This document shows positions 1-12,979 of a stretch of DNA of 64,000 bases, in pieces. The DNA comes from Iphione sp. A-MEVVRFRX5. Lineage: Eukaryota. The notes beneath the pieces were generated by a model. That model had not been told where the DNA came from. It worked only from the letters and a program-made list of their open reading frames with translations, and made no database searches. The stretch spans positions 84,816,001-84,880,000 of the forward strand of contig OZ320319.1 of NCBI GenBank assembly GCA_976226885.1, in the 5' to 3' direction. Position numbers and translations under genes: made by a program. The first letter of the stretch is position 1. The number at the start of each line of letters is the position of its first letter.

Positions 1-540
1 CTGTCCCACACCAGCATGGTACAAACTTGTATATTAAGATCCTGTCCGACCCCAGCATGGTACAAACTTGTATATTAAGATCCTGTCCCACCCCAGCATG
101 GAACACAACTTGTATATTAAGATCCTGTCCCACACCAGCATGGTACAAACTTGTATATTAAGATCCTGTCCCACGCCAGCATGGAACACAACTTGTATAT
201 TAAGATCCTGACCCATGCCAGCATGGTACATAATCTGTATAAGAGCCTACCCCTCTCTAAAAGTATTTCATGACTTGTGAAAGATTCTGTCCCATCCAAT
301 GAGTGATCTATGACTTGTGAAAGATTCTGTCCCACGCAATGAGGCATCTAGGTCTCATGAAAGGTTCTGTCCCACCCTCGGAATGGTCCCTGTCATGTGA
401 TAGTTTCCGTCCCACCCTATGGGTGATCCATGACATGTGAAAGTTTCCATCCGACTCTATGAATGGTGCATGGCTTGTGAAAGATTCTGTTCAACCCCAA
501 AGTGTTTTATCACACATAAAAGATCCTATCACCAAAATGG
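1..540. repeat. Tandem minisatellite: about 6 well-conserved 41-42 bp units (1-240) grading into about 7 degenerate 40 bp units
   Basis: Unit CTGTCCCACACCAGCATGGTACAAACTTGTATATTAAGATC recurs at 1, 42 and 83. The downstream block has an exact 40-bp period (271, 311, 351, 391, 431, 471) and shares the AAGAT(T/C)CTGTCCCA core. The array runs off the window start. Confidence 0.9.
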
Positions 541-2551
541 TCCAACACTTGTCAGAGGCTATGGACCTAAGTGATCCCCTCCTCCCTGCACACACCCTGT
601 CACAGATCCTTTTCTGACATATCATCCTTATATATAAATCCTAACATGATACCCCTGGACGGTAGGGAAGGCTAGTTGGAGAAGGATGTAATTTATCTTG
701 AAATGTATCAAGGCATCTTCCTTGTTATGTATGCGGAGTGATATTCCTAATTGAAAAATGAGTCCTAAACGAATATCCAGTAATCTTCCTCATTAAATGT
801 GCGATGTATTGAGTGAGCTCTTTAGTTCGTTATCAAGCGAGGCTGCTATTAAGTATAAATTAAGTTTCTTTGTGAGTTATAATGTGAGCGAACCTCCATG
901 GGATCGTTGTTGAATATATAGTGCCCGATCATGTTCGATTTTGAGTGGGTTTTCTTGTTATAATATGAGGGGATTTTTCTTGATTTAATATCCAGTAAGC
1001 TTTACAGTCAATACGTCTGCCAGCATGGCGTCCCCTCCATTGACCTGTTCCCACCGAGCGTGGACTAAAACCTCTTAAAAATCATAGCTTTACAAAGAAC
1101 GCTAGTCTCTTCAACGAACTCGCACTGAACAGGGGGAGCTGTGTGCGGTATAGAGGGAGAGCTCATATATTAACAGCTTATTCTTCTTGTATTTGTATTT
1201 CTGTGGGCAAATATCAATGTTTCCAGCTGTTGTGGTATGCCCGTTCAATATCCGAAATACATATGTACATGAATACATGTTTGAGTGTTCAGATTTCGTT
1301 GGCCTCGATGTCAAAGATCCTGCGCATTCATTGTTGAGTGTTCAAGTTTCAATGGAATCCGTATTATAAAAATCTAAGTCATGAATCTTTTTAGAGCGTT
1401 CACTGGTGTGTGCATGAATAAATTCCTTTTTGAGTGTTGAGACTTAGTGGATGTCTACATTTGAACTCCCAAGTGTTTCTATTTTTTTAGGTTCGGGCTT
1501 CATTGGTGTCCGCTGTAAAAATTCTGAATGTCAGGTTATGTATCGGATCTTACATTAGATATATTCCTTATTAATTATGGTAAAAAGCTGATAAAATGCT
1601 AAGATATGTTTTGTTGAGTGTTCGGTCTACGTTGCTACAGTCTACATTATAGATCCCAAGTGTTTCTGTGCTTAATGACACTAAGAACATGGTATGACGT
1701 GGGCTTAGTTACTTGCTCAATGTGTCGCTACTGACTTGTCAATAATGACAATATGAATAACAATAAGAACTACTTGAGACTCATTTCGATCCAAAAAGCA
1801 ACAGAAAATGACGGAAATACCCATGACATGCGCTTGAAATCCCACGAGCGTTCTGACATCAGAGATCCACAAGAAGGACTTCGCGACAAAGGAAAATCCG
1901 GAAAACTTGTGACATTAGCCTCAACTACTAAAATCTTGGTGTGAATAATTGTTAATTTTCTGTTTGGCTTGATGACTGGGTACTTACCGAAACCTCGGAG
2001 GTTGCTGGTCCCTTTTACTCCCGTCCTCAGACGTCTACAGCGCAGTCTGTTAAACTCCCCGTCCACCTTTACATGCGAGTAATGTCCCTAGGGTCCTGCT
2101 TGATGTACGATCCGGAGCCTTATGAAGAAGAAAAAGTAGTCAGCTCTTTTGAGTGAAGTGGCGACCGTCGTGTGGCGCTTACCGCCCGCTCAGCGCCACC
2201 ACTCGGGGGGGCCCTCCCGAAAGGAAAGGTTCACTTTATCACGGGGGGCAGTTGAGGGAGGATGGCGACAGGGGGACCCCTTACATACGAGTGCTCAGCT
2301 TTCACCTAATATCAATTACACCAGTCGGTTAGTGGAGTCCAGTGAGAGTCCTGGGGGTGGGGGGGCTGGGACGGAGCGGAGTCGCTCCTGTTTGTTCTAC
2401 GTTATTCCTCCATAGCCAAACCATTTCGTGAAATGTCCTCCGCCCCCTCCCCGTGAAGAATTGCACAGCCCCTCTCCTAGGAACGATCGGTGCGGGGAGA
2501 GCAGATTGGGAAATATAATTGCGTGTTAATATGTATTGGAGGGGATCACTA

Positions 2552-2566
2552 GCCGCCAGGGGGCGC
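2552..2566 (+). promoter_or_regulatory. CTCF-like motif GCCGCCAGGGGGCGC
   Basis: Near-perfect match to the bilaterian CTCF core consensus, inside a GC/G-run-rich block. Motif match only. Confidence 0.4.
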
Positions 2567-3470
2567 GTGCGGGCGGAATCGGATCCAATATGGCTTGGCC
2601 AGCTTAGGTTGACGGTGGGGAGGACTGGTGGCGATCCCTGGCGGGGACCTGCTGGGGAGGTGGGGGGGGGGGGTGGAGGGAGGGCAGCTGCTGTTCAAGG
2701 TGAGGCATGCACTGGTGGTGCTGTATGGCTGATCGAAGTGGGGAAGAGCGGGGGGGGGGAGGGAAGGCGACTCGGACTAAAACATATGCTGTATATAACG
2801 TTACTGCGACGGTGATAAGTTCATAGCATTATGGGTGCTACTAGTAGGGTTTACACGGGAACATTATACATTCTTATATGCATGTACAATAAAATCGCTC
2901 TACTTTGTGAGCTCAAAACCTTTCAATTCCTCAATATCTCGAACATATGAAGTAACAGCAGCTTTAATGATATTATATAATTATTTAACATTTCAAATGA
3001 GTCAGTACTTCAGACAGGATTTTCGCAGCCATAGAGATTCGCAGTAATAATGTCTAAATCTACATATATGAAGTGTATGGTTGAGGTGTATTCGGGAATT
3101 TAGGGAAAATAAGAAATCTTACCTTCTACCATGGAAATTATTTACAAACCAATGCACATATATTTGAATGCATGATTGCGTTTATCTTCAGTGAAATTAA
3201 ATCTTTGAAAAAAACTATAGAAATTAAGATTTTGGAGAGTGCCTGCAGAAATATCACCGTACCGTTAGAGCCTATGTAATATAACAGAAGTACTGGCGGC
3301 TATATTGTAAATGTTTCACTATTGGGATTCGCGAGCTATAGGTTGATATACTATGACTATTACTTCAACCTGCCATTACAGAATGTCTGGACAACTGAGT
3401 CAACCAAGCAACACCCTAAACAAGCCCTCCTGTGATCTAGGAGAACCTCAAAGTTACGTTTCTGCAATAG

Positions 3471-3886
3471 CTATTCTGCACTTGTAGTACTGCTGTGTAA
3501 GTTATGGCCACTGGTCGGAACATTTTTCAACAAAACTTTGATGCAACCATTTCCATTCACCGATTGATTTTCAGCTGATAACTCCTCCTCCTGAGAAGCA
3601 TCCATGACACATGCATCCAGCATAGGCAAGCTGCTTGCTTCCGATGCCTTTTCAATGCTAAAAGACTCAACTTTTAGCCCTTGTAACCTAGAAACTACTT
3701 AACCCAAAATACAAAAGTTACTATTATTAATATGTCTCCTTTGTTCTGTTAAAGTGAAAAATTCTACCTGAAAATATTAACAGAAATATTCAATCTTCTC
3801 ATTGACGTCCCTGAAGACAACTTTGTTTGTCTATGTTTCAAATTCCCATGCTTTTTGAGGCATCCTCCCTGATTGGTCAGATTCAC
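3471..3886 (-). CDS. Candidate last two coding exons (3886-3768; 3687 or 3657-3471) of an unidentified gene
   Basis: AG/GT sites give compatible phases (0 to 2, then 2 to stop) across an 80-nt intron. Peptide ...SIEKASEASSLPMLDACVMDASQEEELSAENQSVNGNG...SAE*. No recognisable homology. Confidence 0.25.
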
Positions 3887-4104
3887 CTGCCATTCAAAAG
3901 AAGCGATCAGTCAATTGTCACTCTGTTTCTCCACTGACTGACTATAACAGATTTATTGTTTATGATAAGACATCTCTAAAAAGATCTACTCTATGTGGGC
4001 ATTCTCCGGTACAGACATTAATTCTTTTCTAATGCTCTCCAGTAAAACTATACTCCTTAGATATGCTTAGGCACATGCTGTACTGATGCTATCTGATAAA
4101 ATAA

Positions 4105-4470
4105 TGTAGTGTATAGGATTAATTTTGGAGTAAAGTACATAGTTTCAGGGATTCTTCCGAAAAGGGTCTTGGAGGATTATCCTCCGAGTCAGAGGAAAAG
4201 GGTGGTTTTGTGCAGCTAAGAAGTTTCTAGAGACTCCTCCGAATAGATCTTGGAGGAATGGTGTTAATTGTTGCTATTTTTAGGAAGACTGTTGCATCAT
4301 TGTGGCTAATTTTAGAGTCAGTCTCTGTATATAAGTGCCAGATTTTGTTGAATAAAGACAGTTCTCACTTGTAAGTTGGAAGAGAACACACCAAACTCAT
4401 CTTGCTGTGTGGACATTCTTTATTTTGCGAAAAACCATCCATTCCGAAGACAAGAGACATATATGTTACA
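4105..4470 (+). mobile_element. Solo LTR (366 bp), probably Gypsy-type
   Basis: TGTAG...TTACA termini with a perfect 4-bp TSD ATAA (4101-4104 and 4471-4474). Internal TATATAA followed by AATAAA. Confidence 0.75.
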
Positions 4471-4474
4471 ATAA

Positions 4475-5030
4475 TTCTCTTATGTCACTCTGTAATAGAG
4501 TTATTCTCTACTCACACTATGATAAAACTTTCTCCACTGAAACCTCATTAATAGAGATCTAATCACACATTGATAAAGTGTTTCTGATTTAACTTTCTGA
4601 TAAGATAGTTTTTATATTTCTCTGCTAAGGACGCATTCCGCCGACACTTGACAATGTAATCTTACTTGATTGAGACACTGTAGCTAAGTTCTTTTCCACT
4701 GACACTGCCTTATGTGCTTTCCTGTTTTAACTTTCTAATAGGAATCTGCTAGGGATGTTTTCCATTGACATGCTTGACAATCTAATCTTACTTTTTTGAG
4801 ACTCTGTTGCTAAGTTTTTTTTCCACTGACACTCTCTGATATAATAGAGCTTTATCTACTAACATCCTTTATGTGGTTATTCTCTATTGATATCCTCCGG
4901 TAGAGCTATTGTTTACCAACATTTACTGATAAAACTTTACTCACTTGACACTCCCTGATAAGATGTTTGTCTACTAACACTGTTTGAGAGGGCTCTTCGT
5001 CTCTGAAACTTTGTAGTCAAGCTATTCTAT
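4475..5030. repeat. Degenerate ~29-bp minisatellite field (block 1)
   Basis: Recurrent TTCTCTACTGACACTCTCTGATA-like units. Similar sequence also precedes the LTR at about 3950-4100. Confidence 0.6.
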
Positions 5031-5071
5031 ACAGTGTACTTACACATTAATTTCGTTATGCTTTATTTGTG

Positions 5072-5399
5072 TCTAAGATATTGAGCTCTGAAAGTTGCAG
5101 ATCCTTGGTGAATTGTTGGCGAAATAAGTAACTTTTCCACACAGTATGTCTGGTTCACTCCAAGTGCACTGAACAATAGTTGGGCAGGAGTGTCCTTTCT
5201 CAGGAAGTGCAGGGTGAGAATGTCTCTTTATTCCAAAGACTTAGCCTCCTATATACTAGAGCTCTTAATGGGATTACATAAACAGAGCTATAAATCAAAT
5301 GTCAACATGCTAGCTGTTAGTTGGCTTACACAATCGGAGATATAGATAGCATGGCAAAATTAGAAGTAACCACCAACTATCTGGTACACATATTGTACA
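5072..5399 (-). mobile_element. Solo-LTR-like element, reverse orientation, same family as 8484 and 10879
   Basis: The reverse complement shows TGTAC start, GTGGTTACT, TATATA, AATAAAGAG..TTCTC and TTGGAGTGAACCAG, collinear with the other copies. The low-coordinate end is approximate. Confidence 0.5.
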
Positions 5400-5489
5400 G
5401 CTCCTGTATTGTGTACTTTGACCTGGGGTTCATTCTGATCCAGGACAAGGTGATCACGGATCACACAGTGCAGTGTACCTGCCACAGTA

Positions 5490-5900
5490 TATTCTCTACC
5501 AACACTCTCTGATAGGTGTATTCTCTATCAATACTGTCTGATAAGTCTATTCTTAGCTGACATGTTCTTGTAGGTGTATCCTCGACTGACAATCTCTAAT
5601 AGGTATACTCTTTACTGACATTCTCTGATAGGTGTTATCTATATCTTTGGAAGTCTACCTGTTTCTTCACTCGTAGAATAATCTCTGTTAACATCTCTGA
5701 TATGTGAGTTCTCTACTGACACTCCCTCATTGATATATTCTCTGTTGACACTATCCTACTCGTTATTTTTATTGACATCCTCTTATGGATATATTCTCTC
5801 TTAAATCCCTCTGATACCAATATTCTCTAGCAAGTCTCTCTGATAGTTGAGTTCTCTGTCAACACTCTCTGATAGGTGAATTCTCTGGCAACATTTTCTG
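5490..5900. repeat. Degenerate ~29-bp minisatellite field (block 2)
   Basis: Units such as TATTCTCTACCAACACTCTCTGATAGGTG and TATTCTCTATCAATACTGTCTGATAAGTC in tandem. Confidence 0.7.
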
Positions 5901-6970
5901 ATAGGTGCAATAAAATTCCTTTTAGCCTAAGTTGTCTACCAAGGTGAAGGGAAAATCTAATGCTCTGGACAAACAGAAAACAGAGGAATGGATAAATAGT
6001 TTCAGTAGTAGCTGGTATAACATTTGTCTTTTTTATCCTCATTGGGGCCTTAACATTCAACTATATTTTTGAGTAATAGGTGTCGCAGAATAATCAGAAG
6101 GCTTCAGTGATAATGTAACACAGTAGTGTTAGGAAAATGTAATAGTTGTTTGGGTGTCCAATTGCGGACTTGCGGACATCCAAGTAGACGGACATTCCGG
6201 CACGAGAATGTATAGCGGATGTTTGGTTATTTGGGCATCTGCAAGTAAGTAGTAAAGGAGCAGTAAGTGTGTTATTTGTATGGTTCATACGTTTATTATA
6301 CAATAAGGAGATGGGGATAAAATGATATGTTACCATTGAGACAACACTTGGTTCTTGATAGAACGTTATACTACTGTTGTACCTGGTTAAGATAGAGGGA
6401 GAGAGATCATTGATGCAATGAATTATTTCTAAAAAAAATAAAGAATTAAAACTTTAAAATTCTTCTACGATGCTCAATTTAGTCCACTGGGTTACTTTTG
6501 AGGGCTACAAGCCCCCTTTATGTGATATTTCTCTGTTCAAAAAATTCAAACTTACACGATGGCTGCCATTCTTAGTTTCGTAAAATTGAATGAGAACAAG
6601 GAATTTGCCGCGATCTGTCTGCTAACCTTCTATGTCTGTATATTCTGGAGAGTATAGGAGTTTCAATGCCCTCCATGTTACAACGTGTGTAATGCTGTAT
6701 CTCAGTCAAAATGAAGCTTGCACATACTTGTTTTTTGCACACTGCGGTGACAGACAAATAGCACTATTATGTTGCAGCTTTTGTATCATATACATGTCCT
6801 TTATCGCCAATCATAGCCTTAAAATGATTGCCTTTGTTAATGCATACTTGGACTTCCTTTTGGCAAGAGGACGAGGATTCTGAGGGAATTTTTGGTATTT
6901 TTTTCCAAACTGGACCAGGATCTGCTTAATACAGCCCATCAGGGGTCCACTCCCGGGCCAGATACCACGC

Positions 6971-6986
6971 TAGCACCACCTAGTGG
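6971..6986 (-). promoter_or_regulatory. CTCF-like motif (reverse complement CCACTAGGTGGTGCTA)
   Basis: One mismatch to CCACTAGGTGGCGCTA, next to a GGAAGT ETS-like site and a GTGAGC donor-like site. Motif match only. Confidence 0.4.
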
Positions 6987-8483
6987 TAGACAGAAAAAGG
7001 AAGTATTATCCCTTCGTGCTGCGTTGTTGTGGTGGTGAGCCTTTCTCATAGTTTTCATTTTCTGACATTGTTACTTATTATTCGCCGGGGGTATGGACGT
7101 CATCATTGCTGCTGTCAACACCGGGCAGGAGGGCAATACCCAGTCGTGAGCTATCGGGAGAGACAAATCTGAAAATTTAGAAAAAAACAGCAACAAACAA
7201 CCACAACGAAGATGCTATTGTTGATAGAAACATGTAGTAAGTCACACTCACTGCGTCATTGTTTCTGTCCAACCCCCCCCCCCCTCCCGCTCTCCCCCAC
7301 CGCCCCGCCAATTCCTGTGGTATGCCCCGGTATCATGCTCCTTAAACAATACAAAGCGGGTATTTGTGTATCCGTGGAGTGGTTTAGATGTTGTGTAACT
7401 TACAGCTTGGCCTGTTAACCTTACAACCACTTGTATGAGGCGAGGGCGGGGGTTGCGGGGTGGGGGGGTGGGTGTGGATCCCAAGGGGTGGGGGTTAAAG
7501 CTTGCAGCAGGAGAGCCAGAGCCGCATGGCTTCGTGAGGCTTTGAGTTCAGAGAGAAGGCAGTCGAGACGGTGAACATAAACGGGATTTATAACAAATGA
7601 GGGGATCTCCCGAACTGGTTTGGAAATGAGAGAACGTTACGTCGTGTTACGTTACGTTATACGTCCTGTGGCACACAGTCATCTTTTAGATTCTCCCACG
7701 CAGGTGCCAATTTCTCTGCGGTTTTCGACGTCATGATTTTTATATGAGCTTACCTTATAATCCTTCTCAAGGGAATATTGTAAACATCAAGCAGTGCCAA
7801 AAAAACAGACCCTTTACATTTTAAAATCTATCGGAAATGAATAAAATTGACCTTCACTTCTTATCGCCCAGTTCGGTACAGAGCCGGAAAAGGAAAAGGT
7901 AGCCTGCTTTAGCCGAGTGGTACATATATACCTGCACATTCTACCTGTACATCAAAGTCCATATGAGCATTGGAACATGGCCAACACCAGACCAAGGCAG
8001 AGCGGTTATATGTATACATATATATATATATATGTCGACATGGGCCTGTAGCTTCCTCGCAATAATGTATGATATTCTAGGTTGATCCCCCATCGACTAA
8101 ACCCATCTTATCATCCAACGTTGCTAGCCATCCATAAATTGTAGTCAACCAATTATTTGTGTCACAGATTACAACGAAAACGGTAACCTCACAAGCTAGA
8201 CACAAATCTGGACGTGTTGCAGTTACGAGGACTTGATTTGCTTTCGTCGCTTTCTACCTTGATCAAGCATTTCAACCACTCAAGATAGTGTTAGCTTCTG
8301 CTATGATGAAAAACTGCAGACAAGTTGAATAAAGTAACACTGACATTGATTGCCGAACGAGTACAAGTGGCAACTGAATTGTAGCTCCACAAACCTTACT
8401 TAGCGTAACATAGACATGCCTGTCCTCACTGAGAATAGACATTGGAGTTGATTGCTGTTATATAATAGCATTAATTGGTATTA

Positions 8484-8807
8484 TGTAAGAGTGCACCTGC
8501 AGTAATTACATGACCACTCCGTTAGTTACTATGTTATCCACTCCAGTAAGGTTACTGGGAGTGGCCAATCAGAAGTGTCAGGGAAGTTATTTTTAGCAAG
8601 TCTTATGTAACCACCATATCACATGACCTATTCTGGAGTATATAAGGATGTACTTTTTGATAAATAAAGAGATATTCTCTCACGTGCACTCCAAGAGAGT
8701 TACACTTCAACAGGCCAATTTTCTACATTTGGAGTGAACCAGGTATTTTATGATCATTGTTGTTATTTCATGTCGTCTTACTTATCAGAGACCATGCTAA
8801 CCTTACA
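8484..8807 (+). mobile_element. Solo-LTR-like element (324 bp)
   Basis: Perfect inverted termini TGTAAG...CTTACA. CCAAT, TATATAA, AATAAA and a GCACTCCAA..TTGGAGTG inverted repeat are present. TSD is not clean. Confidence 0.65.
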
Positions 8808-10878
8808 TTAAATACAAAAATTGCTAATTGTCCACCCCTCGGTGAACATAACACCCATCCCTATACAAACTCTATGTACAACCCATCCACCTTCCCCCCA
8901 CAACAATATGATTAATTTTTATTTCCAAGATTGTACAGTTTAACACAGGGAAAGACATAGACAAAGAGAGAGACAGTGTTCCAGGTTTGAACTGTACCTA
9001 GAAGTATTCATTAATCTCGAAATCATAGAAATAGGTCACCTAGAAGAATGTGCCCACGCCTACCAACATAACATTATCATAAACAAAAGGTATTGTGAAG
9101 CAGTTCCGATGTTAGGGCCAGTTTCCTTACCTGCTTTGGTGTCCATGAGGATTAGGGTGCATTAGGCAGTGATTTTGGTGCATTCAGGAGCGTTAGGCAG
9201 TGATTTTGGTGCATTCGGGTGCGTTATTATTAATCCTGTTGAATCTACTGGGGTGTGTCTTCTATCTCCCTGTGTGCATTGGTGCATTGGGGTGCATTAG
9301 GCATTTGTTCTTCATTATGGAGCAATGTGTAACACAACAACTTGGAAGACATAGGTTTCCTGGTTAGTTGATGGTGCTTTTATTGAAGGCAGAGTTCGAC
9401 ATGTATAGTGGTAGCTCAGAGCTCTCTGAAAAGTCGGGAGGAATCATGGTCATTATATATCAATAGTTCATGGCCCCATGTTGAGAGTTCGCAACCCTAG
9501 GTACATAGTTCACAACCTGAGGCACAAAGTTCATAACATGTCACAACCTTAGGTCAGAGTTCACCTGACCTGTGGTCAAAGGGCAGGACCAAAGTAAAGG
9601 GCAGTCAGAATTCAAATTAACCTCCGGTCCCACCTTAGCACCCTTTGTGAAAGATGACGATAGCTGTCATTACCTACTCTGGACCTGCCTCGGAATCTGC
9701 ATTTCCCCTACAGTGTCTATTGTATTCAATCTATCACTTTAAGTTTATGAGTGTCTACTTCACCAGAGAATGTCTGTATCCAGACTATCAGCAGCACCTT
9801 CTTAGTAGCATGGCACAGCTGTTGTCTCCACACAGGCAGTGCTTTCCAGCTAATATCCATACACTGTACAAGGTTTCCTCTCTCATTTATTAATTGTACA
9901 CAGTAATACAACATCATTGTCAAAAGCCAGTATGTATTCATAAGATGAACATAATGTTATCTCAATATGACATAATGTGTTACGCTACTTCTAGAACAAT
10001 ATAACATTATACCACACTCTACAATATCCCCGCTAAGGCAATAAATGATCCTCACTTCATTTCCGACTTGTCTGAGTTTCTATATAATGTCCACATGTCC
10101 GCTATGACTTGATGTCTATCATAGACATTCACCATCTGATTATGGTTCTAATATGACTGTGTTACAAATGCCCAATAACTAAATGTATGGGTGCACAAAT
10201 GCACAGTAGGATAGAGGATATATCCTTTGTGGCTATAAACGATATGTTAGGTTTTCCTCATTACTTACTTTTGCACTGCTTTGCCCATCAAATTCTTCCC
10301 TTTTCAAACTTTTACTCATTATTTTTGCCATTTTTCATTGCTTGTATCCTCAAATTGGTCATTTTTCAGACTTTTTCTCATCATTTTCTCTGGTATTTTG
10401 CCTCTTTTTCACCAGTTTTTGGTGCAGTCTCTTGGAAGGTCGAAATTAAGACACCCCCTCCATGAAGCTACATGAGGCTGTGTCACAAAAATGTGCATGT
10501 TGATGCACACAGATGCCTAACACAGCCTCATGGATACCAACACATATATGAAAATCTGGCCTTAGGCTTGATTTCCGTGTGCCTGTTCTGTATGTATGGC
10601 CCTGGAGCACCACGAATGGTGTCCCTCTGTCACTATGTTTACATGTATCTGTGTAGTGTAATTAACCATAGTTCCCATTCCAAACATGTACATGTACATG
10701 TTCCATTTCAAAACTATGCTACATGCAGGCATGTAACACACTATACATGCTACACAGATGTAACTGCAGCGGAGATGTGTCTGCCATCCATTAGTCCCCC
10801 TGTCATGCGGTCGAGGTATAAGTTAAGAATAGATAGTGGGGCTAATTGTTATTATTTTGACCAAATGTTTAGATGTTT

Positions 10879-11190
10879 TGTAAGAATATTCCTATAGTGA
10901 TCACGTGGTTACTCCAGTAACCTCTACGGTAACTCGTTAACAGAGCAGCCAATCAAAAAAGTTGCAGAGGTTATTTTTAGACATTTTCATGTAATCATGA
11001 TGTCACACGACTTGATATGGGAATATATAAGCCTGTGCCTTTGTTTGAATAAAGAGTTATTCTCTCAATTGCACTCCAAGAGAGTCCCACTTCAGCAGAT
11101 CATTTTTTCTGCATTTGGAGTGAACTAGATATTACGAGATTATTATCATTTCACATCACTTTCCTTGTTAGAGACCAAGCTCACGTTACA
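10879..11190 (+). mobile_element. Solo-LTR-like element (312 bp), diverged homolog of 8484-8807
   Basis: TGTAAG...GTTACA termini, the same order of motifs, and a homologous 3' end (AGAGACCA.GCT.AC.TTACA). Confidence 0.65.
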
Positions 11191-12944
11191 TAACTCTACA
11201 AGCCCAACAACCTTGGTGGTCCATGCATGAACATGTAACACAGAGAAATAGGTTTGCCTGCAAATGGAGCCCAGTGTGAACAAATACATGAATAGATTTG
11301 TCAATGTCAGGAACGGTCTATGTATATACACATATATATGTGAATATACTGCCCCAGTTATACTTCGCAGAGTGAGACCTGAAATGCACTCTCAGTGACA
11401 AACAATTATGGAAACATAAATACAGGAAACAAAGCTGACTTGTCGTAACTTGGTAGCTCTCTATGGAGAATGAAACATTGCCCACATCAACACATATACA
11501 TTTATTGCTAAAAGTAAACCACAAGCAGGTCTTTGATAGGAATCTCCATGATAACCATAAATTTGGATGGAGCTTGTTGACTTCAGTCATGTTTTCGTTC
11601 GTTGTCCCGTTGTCTTAACGAATTTCTCTTCTGATTTGATCTTCACCCACATCTCCCCAGCGAATAAACCACAGTCGGCACCACGGAAACCTACCCTCCC
11701 TTCGTTTCATGCTTCATATTAAGCCTTCTAGGTAACAATAATGCGTGGCACTGACTTGAATATCGGCAGAAGTTTTTGAACTAGCAGATCAAAATTACAT
11801 GTACATGTACTTGGTGTACTTAAGAGTCGTATTTCGACCCCCTAAAAAGAGCTCCCTTCCCTTCGGAGGTCCACTGATTGACTTATAACACACTTTGTGT
11901 AATAAAATCACAGATGCCTACAAGTGTGATCCTTACTCCATTCCGGCAACAGATTACAACTAGTCGATGTGGATGTAATCATGTCCAACCGAATCAATAT
12001 TTAACAGACCTACAAGAAGGCAGACCCAACACAACAGGCCATTGTAGAGGGCAGGGCTGCCACAATATAGCTTATTTTGATGGAGGCGAGGGGAGGAAGT
12101 CTACCACTGGGCCTTTTCTCAAGCTCAAGTATTTTAGCTGACTACCGGGAGGGCGTGGGAGGTGAGAGGGGTGGATGGCGGGCGTCTTGTTTACCGGGCA
12201 CCCTGTCCACGGGCACCCTGTCCACTGGCAACACTCCCGACCCTTCAAGTCTAGCACCCAGTCTGGGAGAGTCTCAACAAGTCGCCGCCGCCGGTAATCA
12301 GCGAGCGCGGAGAATGTCCCGGAGACCACTCGATGGTTCGCTCGAAGGCCTCCAGGTGACGCTACGAGCTGAACCGTCTTTCCCCCATAGTCGACACCGC
12401 TTTTAAATTATTTTCTACGAAGGTTGAGGAAAGAAAAGAGCTCGAACTGGGCACTTACTGTCCGATATCCTTATCAAGATATGTAGAGTTCACACAGAGC
12501 TAGAATAAACGACAGAGATTGTCGACATGGGAAACAGTAACGTGATCTATTTCTACATTTCTACTGGAAGGGTTTGGTGTATCGACGACATCAAGTTGTG
12601 CGCTGAATCTGACAGCAAATGTGTAGAAACAAAATGTCTGATATAAATCTGGTATATTCATGACATTAGCGATACCCCAGCCACTTACTGGAGGCAAGTG
12701 TTTAAACTCTTTTGGGGCCCGCTTTAGAATTGTATGAAATCGTTTGATGTATCTATGCCTGATGTAACTACGGGGAAAGACTTTAGGCCTGAAAATTCTT
12801 GGCACTCCCCCAGTCATGTATAGCATTACAGGGTATATACCATTGGGAACCTTCACACAATGCTGTTCTACGAATCACGGTTAATTCTCTGCCAGTCATT
12901 CACAGTGTTATTAGTCGGTGTGGTCGCAGGCTTGGAATCTGTGC

Positions 12945-12947
<3 letters not shown>

Positions 12948-12976
<29 letters not shown>
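12948..12976. repeat. (GT)n microsatellite
   Basis: Direct inspection. Confidence 0.95.

Positions 12977-12979
<3 letters not shown>

Noticed and set aside
1-540. CRISPR-like appearance of regularly spaced repeats (also 46472-47010 and 61633-62280)
   Set aside because: Units are head to tail without unique spacers, there are no cas genes, and the context is eukaryotic.
8484-11190. Single 2.7-kb LTR element bounded by two LTRs
   Set aside because: The LTRs are visibly diverged, the outer flanks (ATTA / TAAC) do not match, and no PBS, PPT or coding remnants were seen.
12077-12856. 109-aa (+) and 118-aa (-) ORFs
   Set aside because: No recognisable motifs and no convincing splice context; neighbouring frames are broken.
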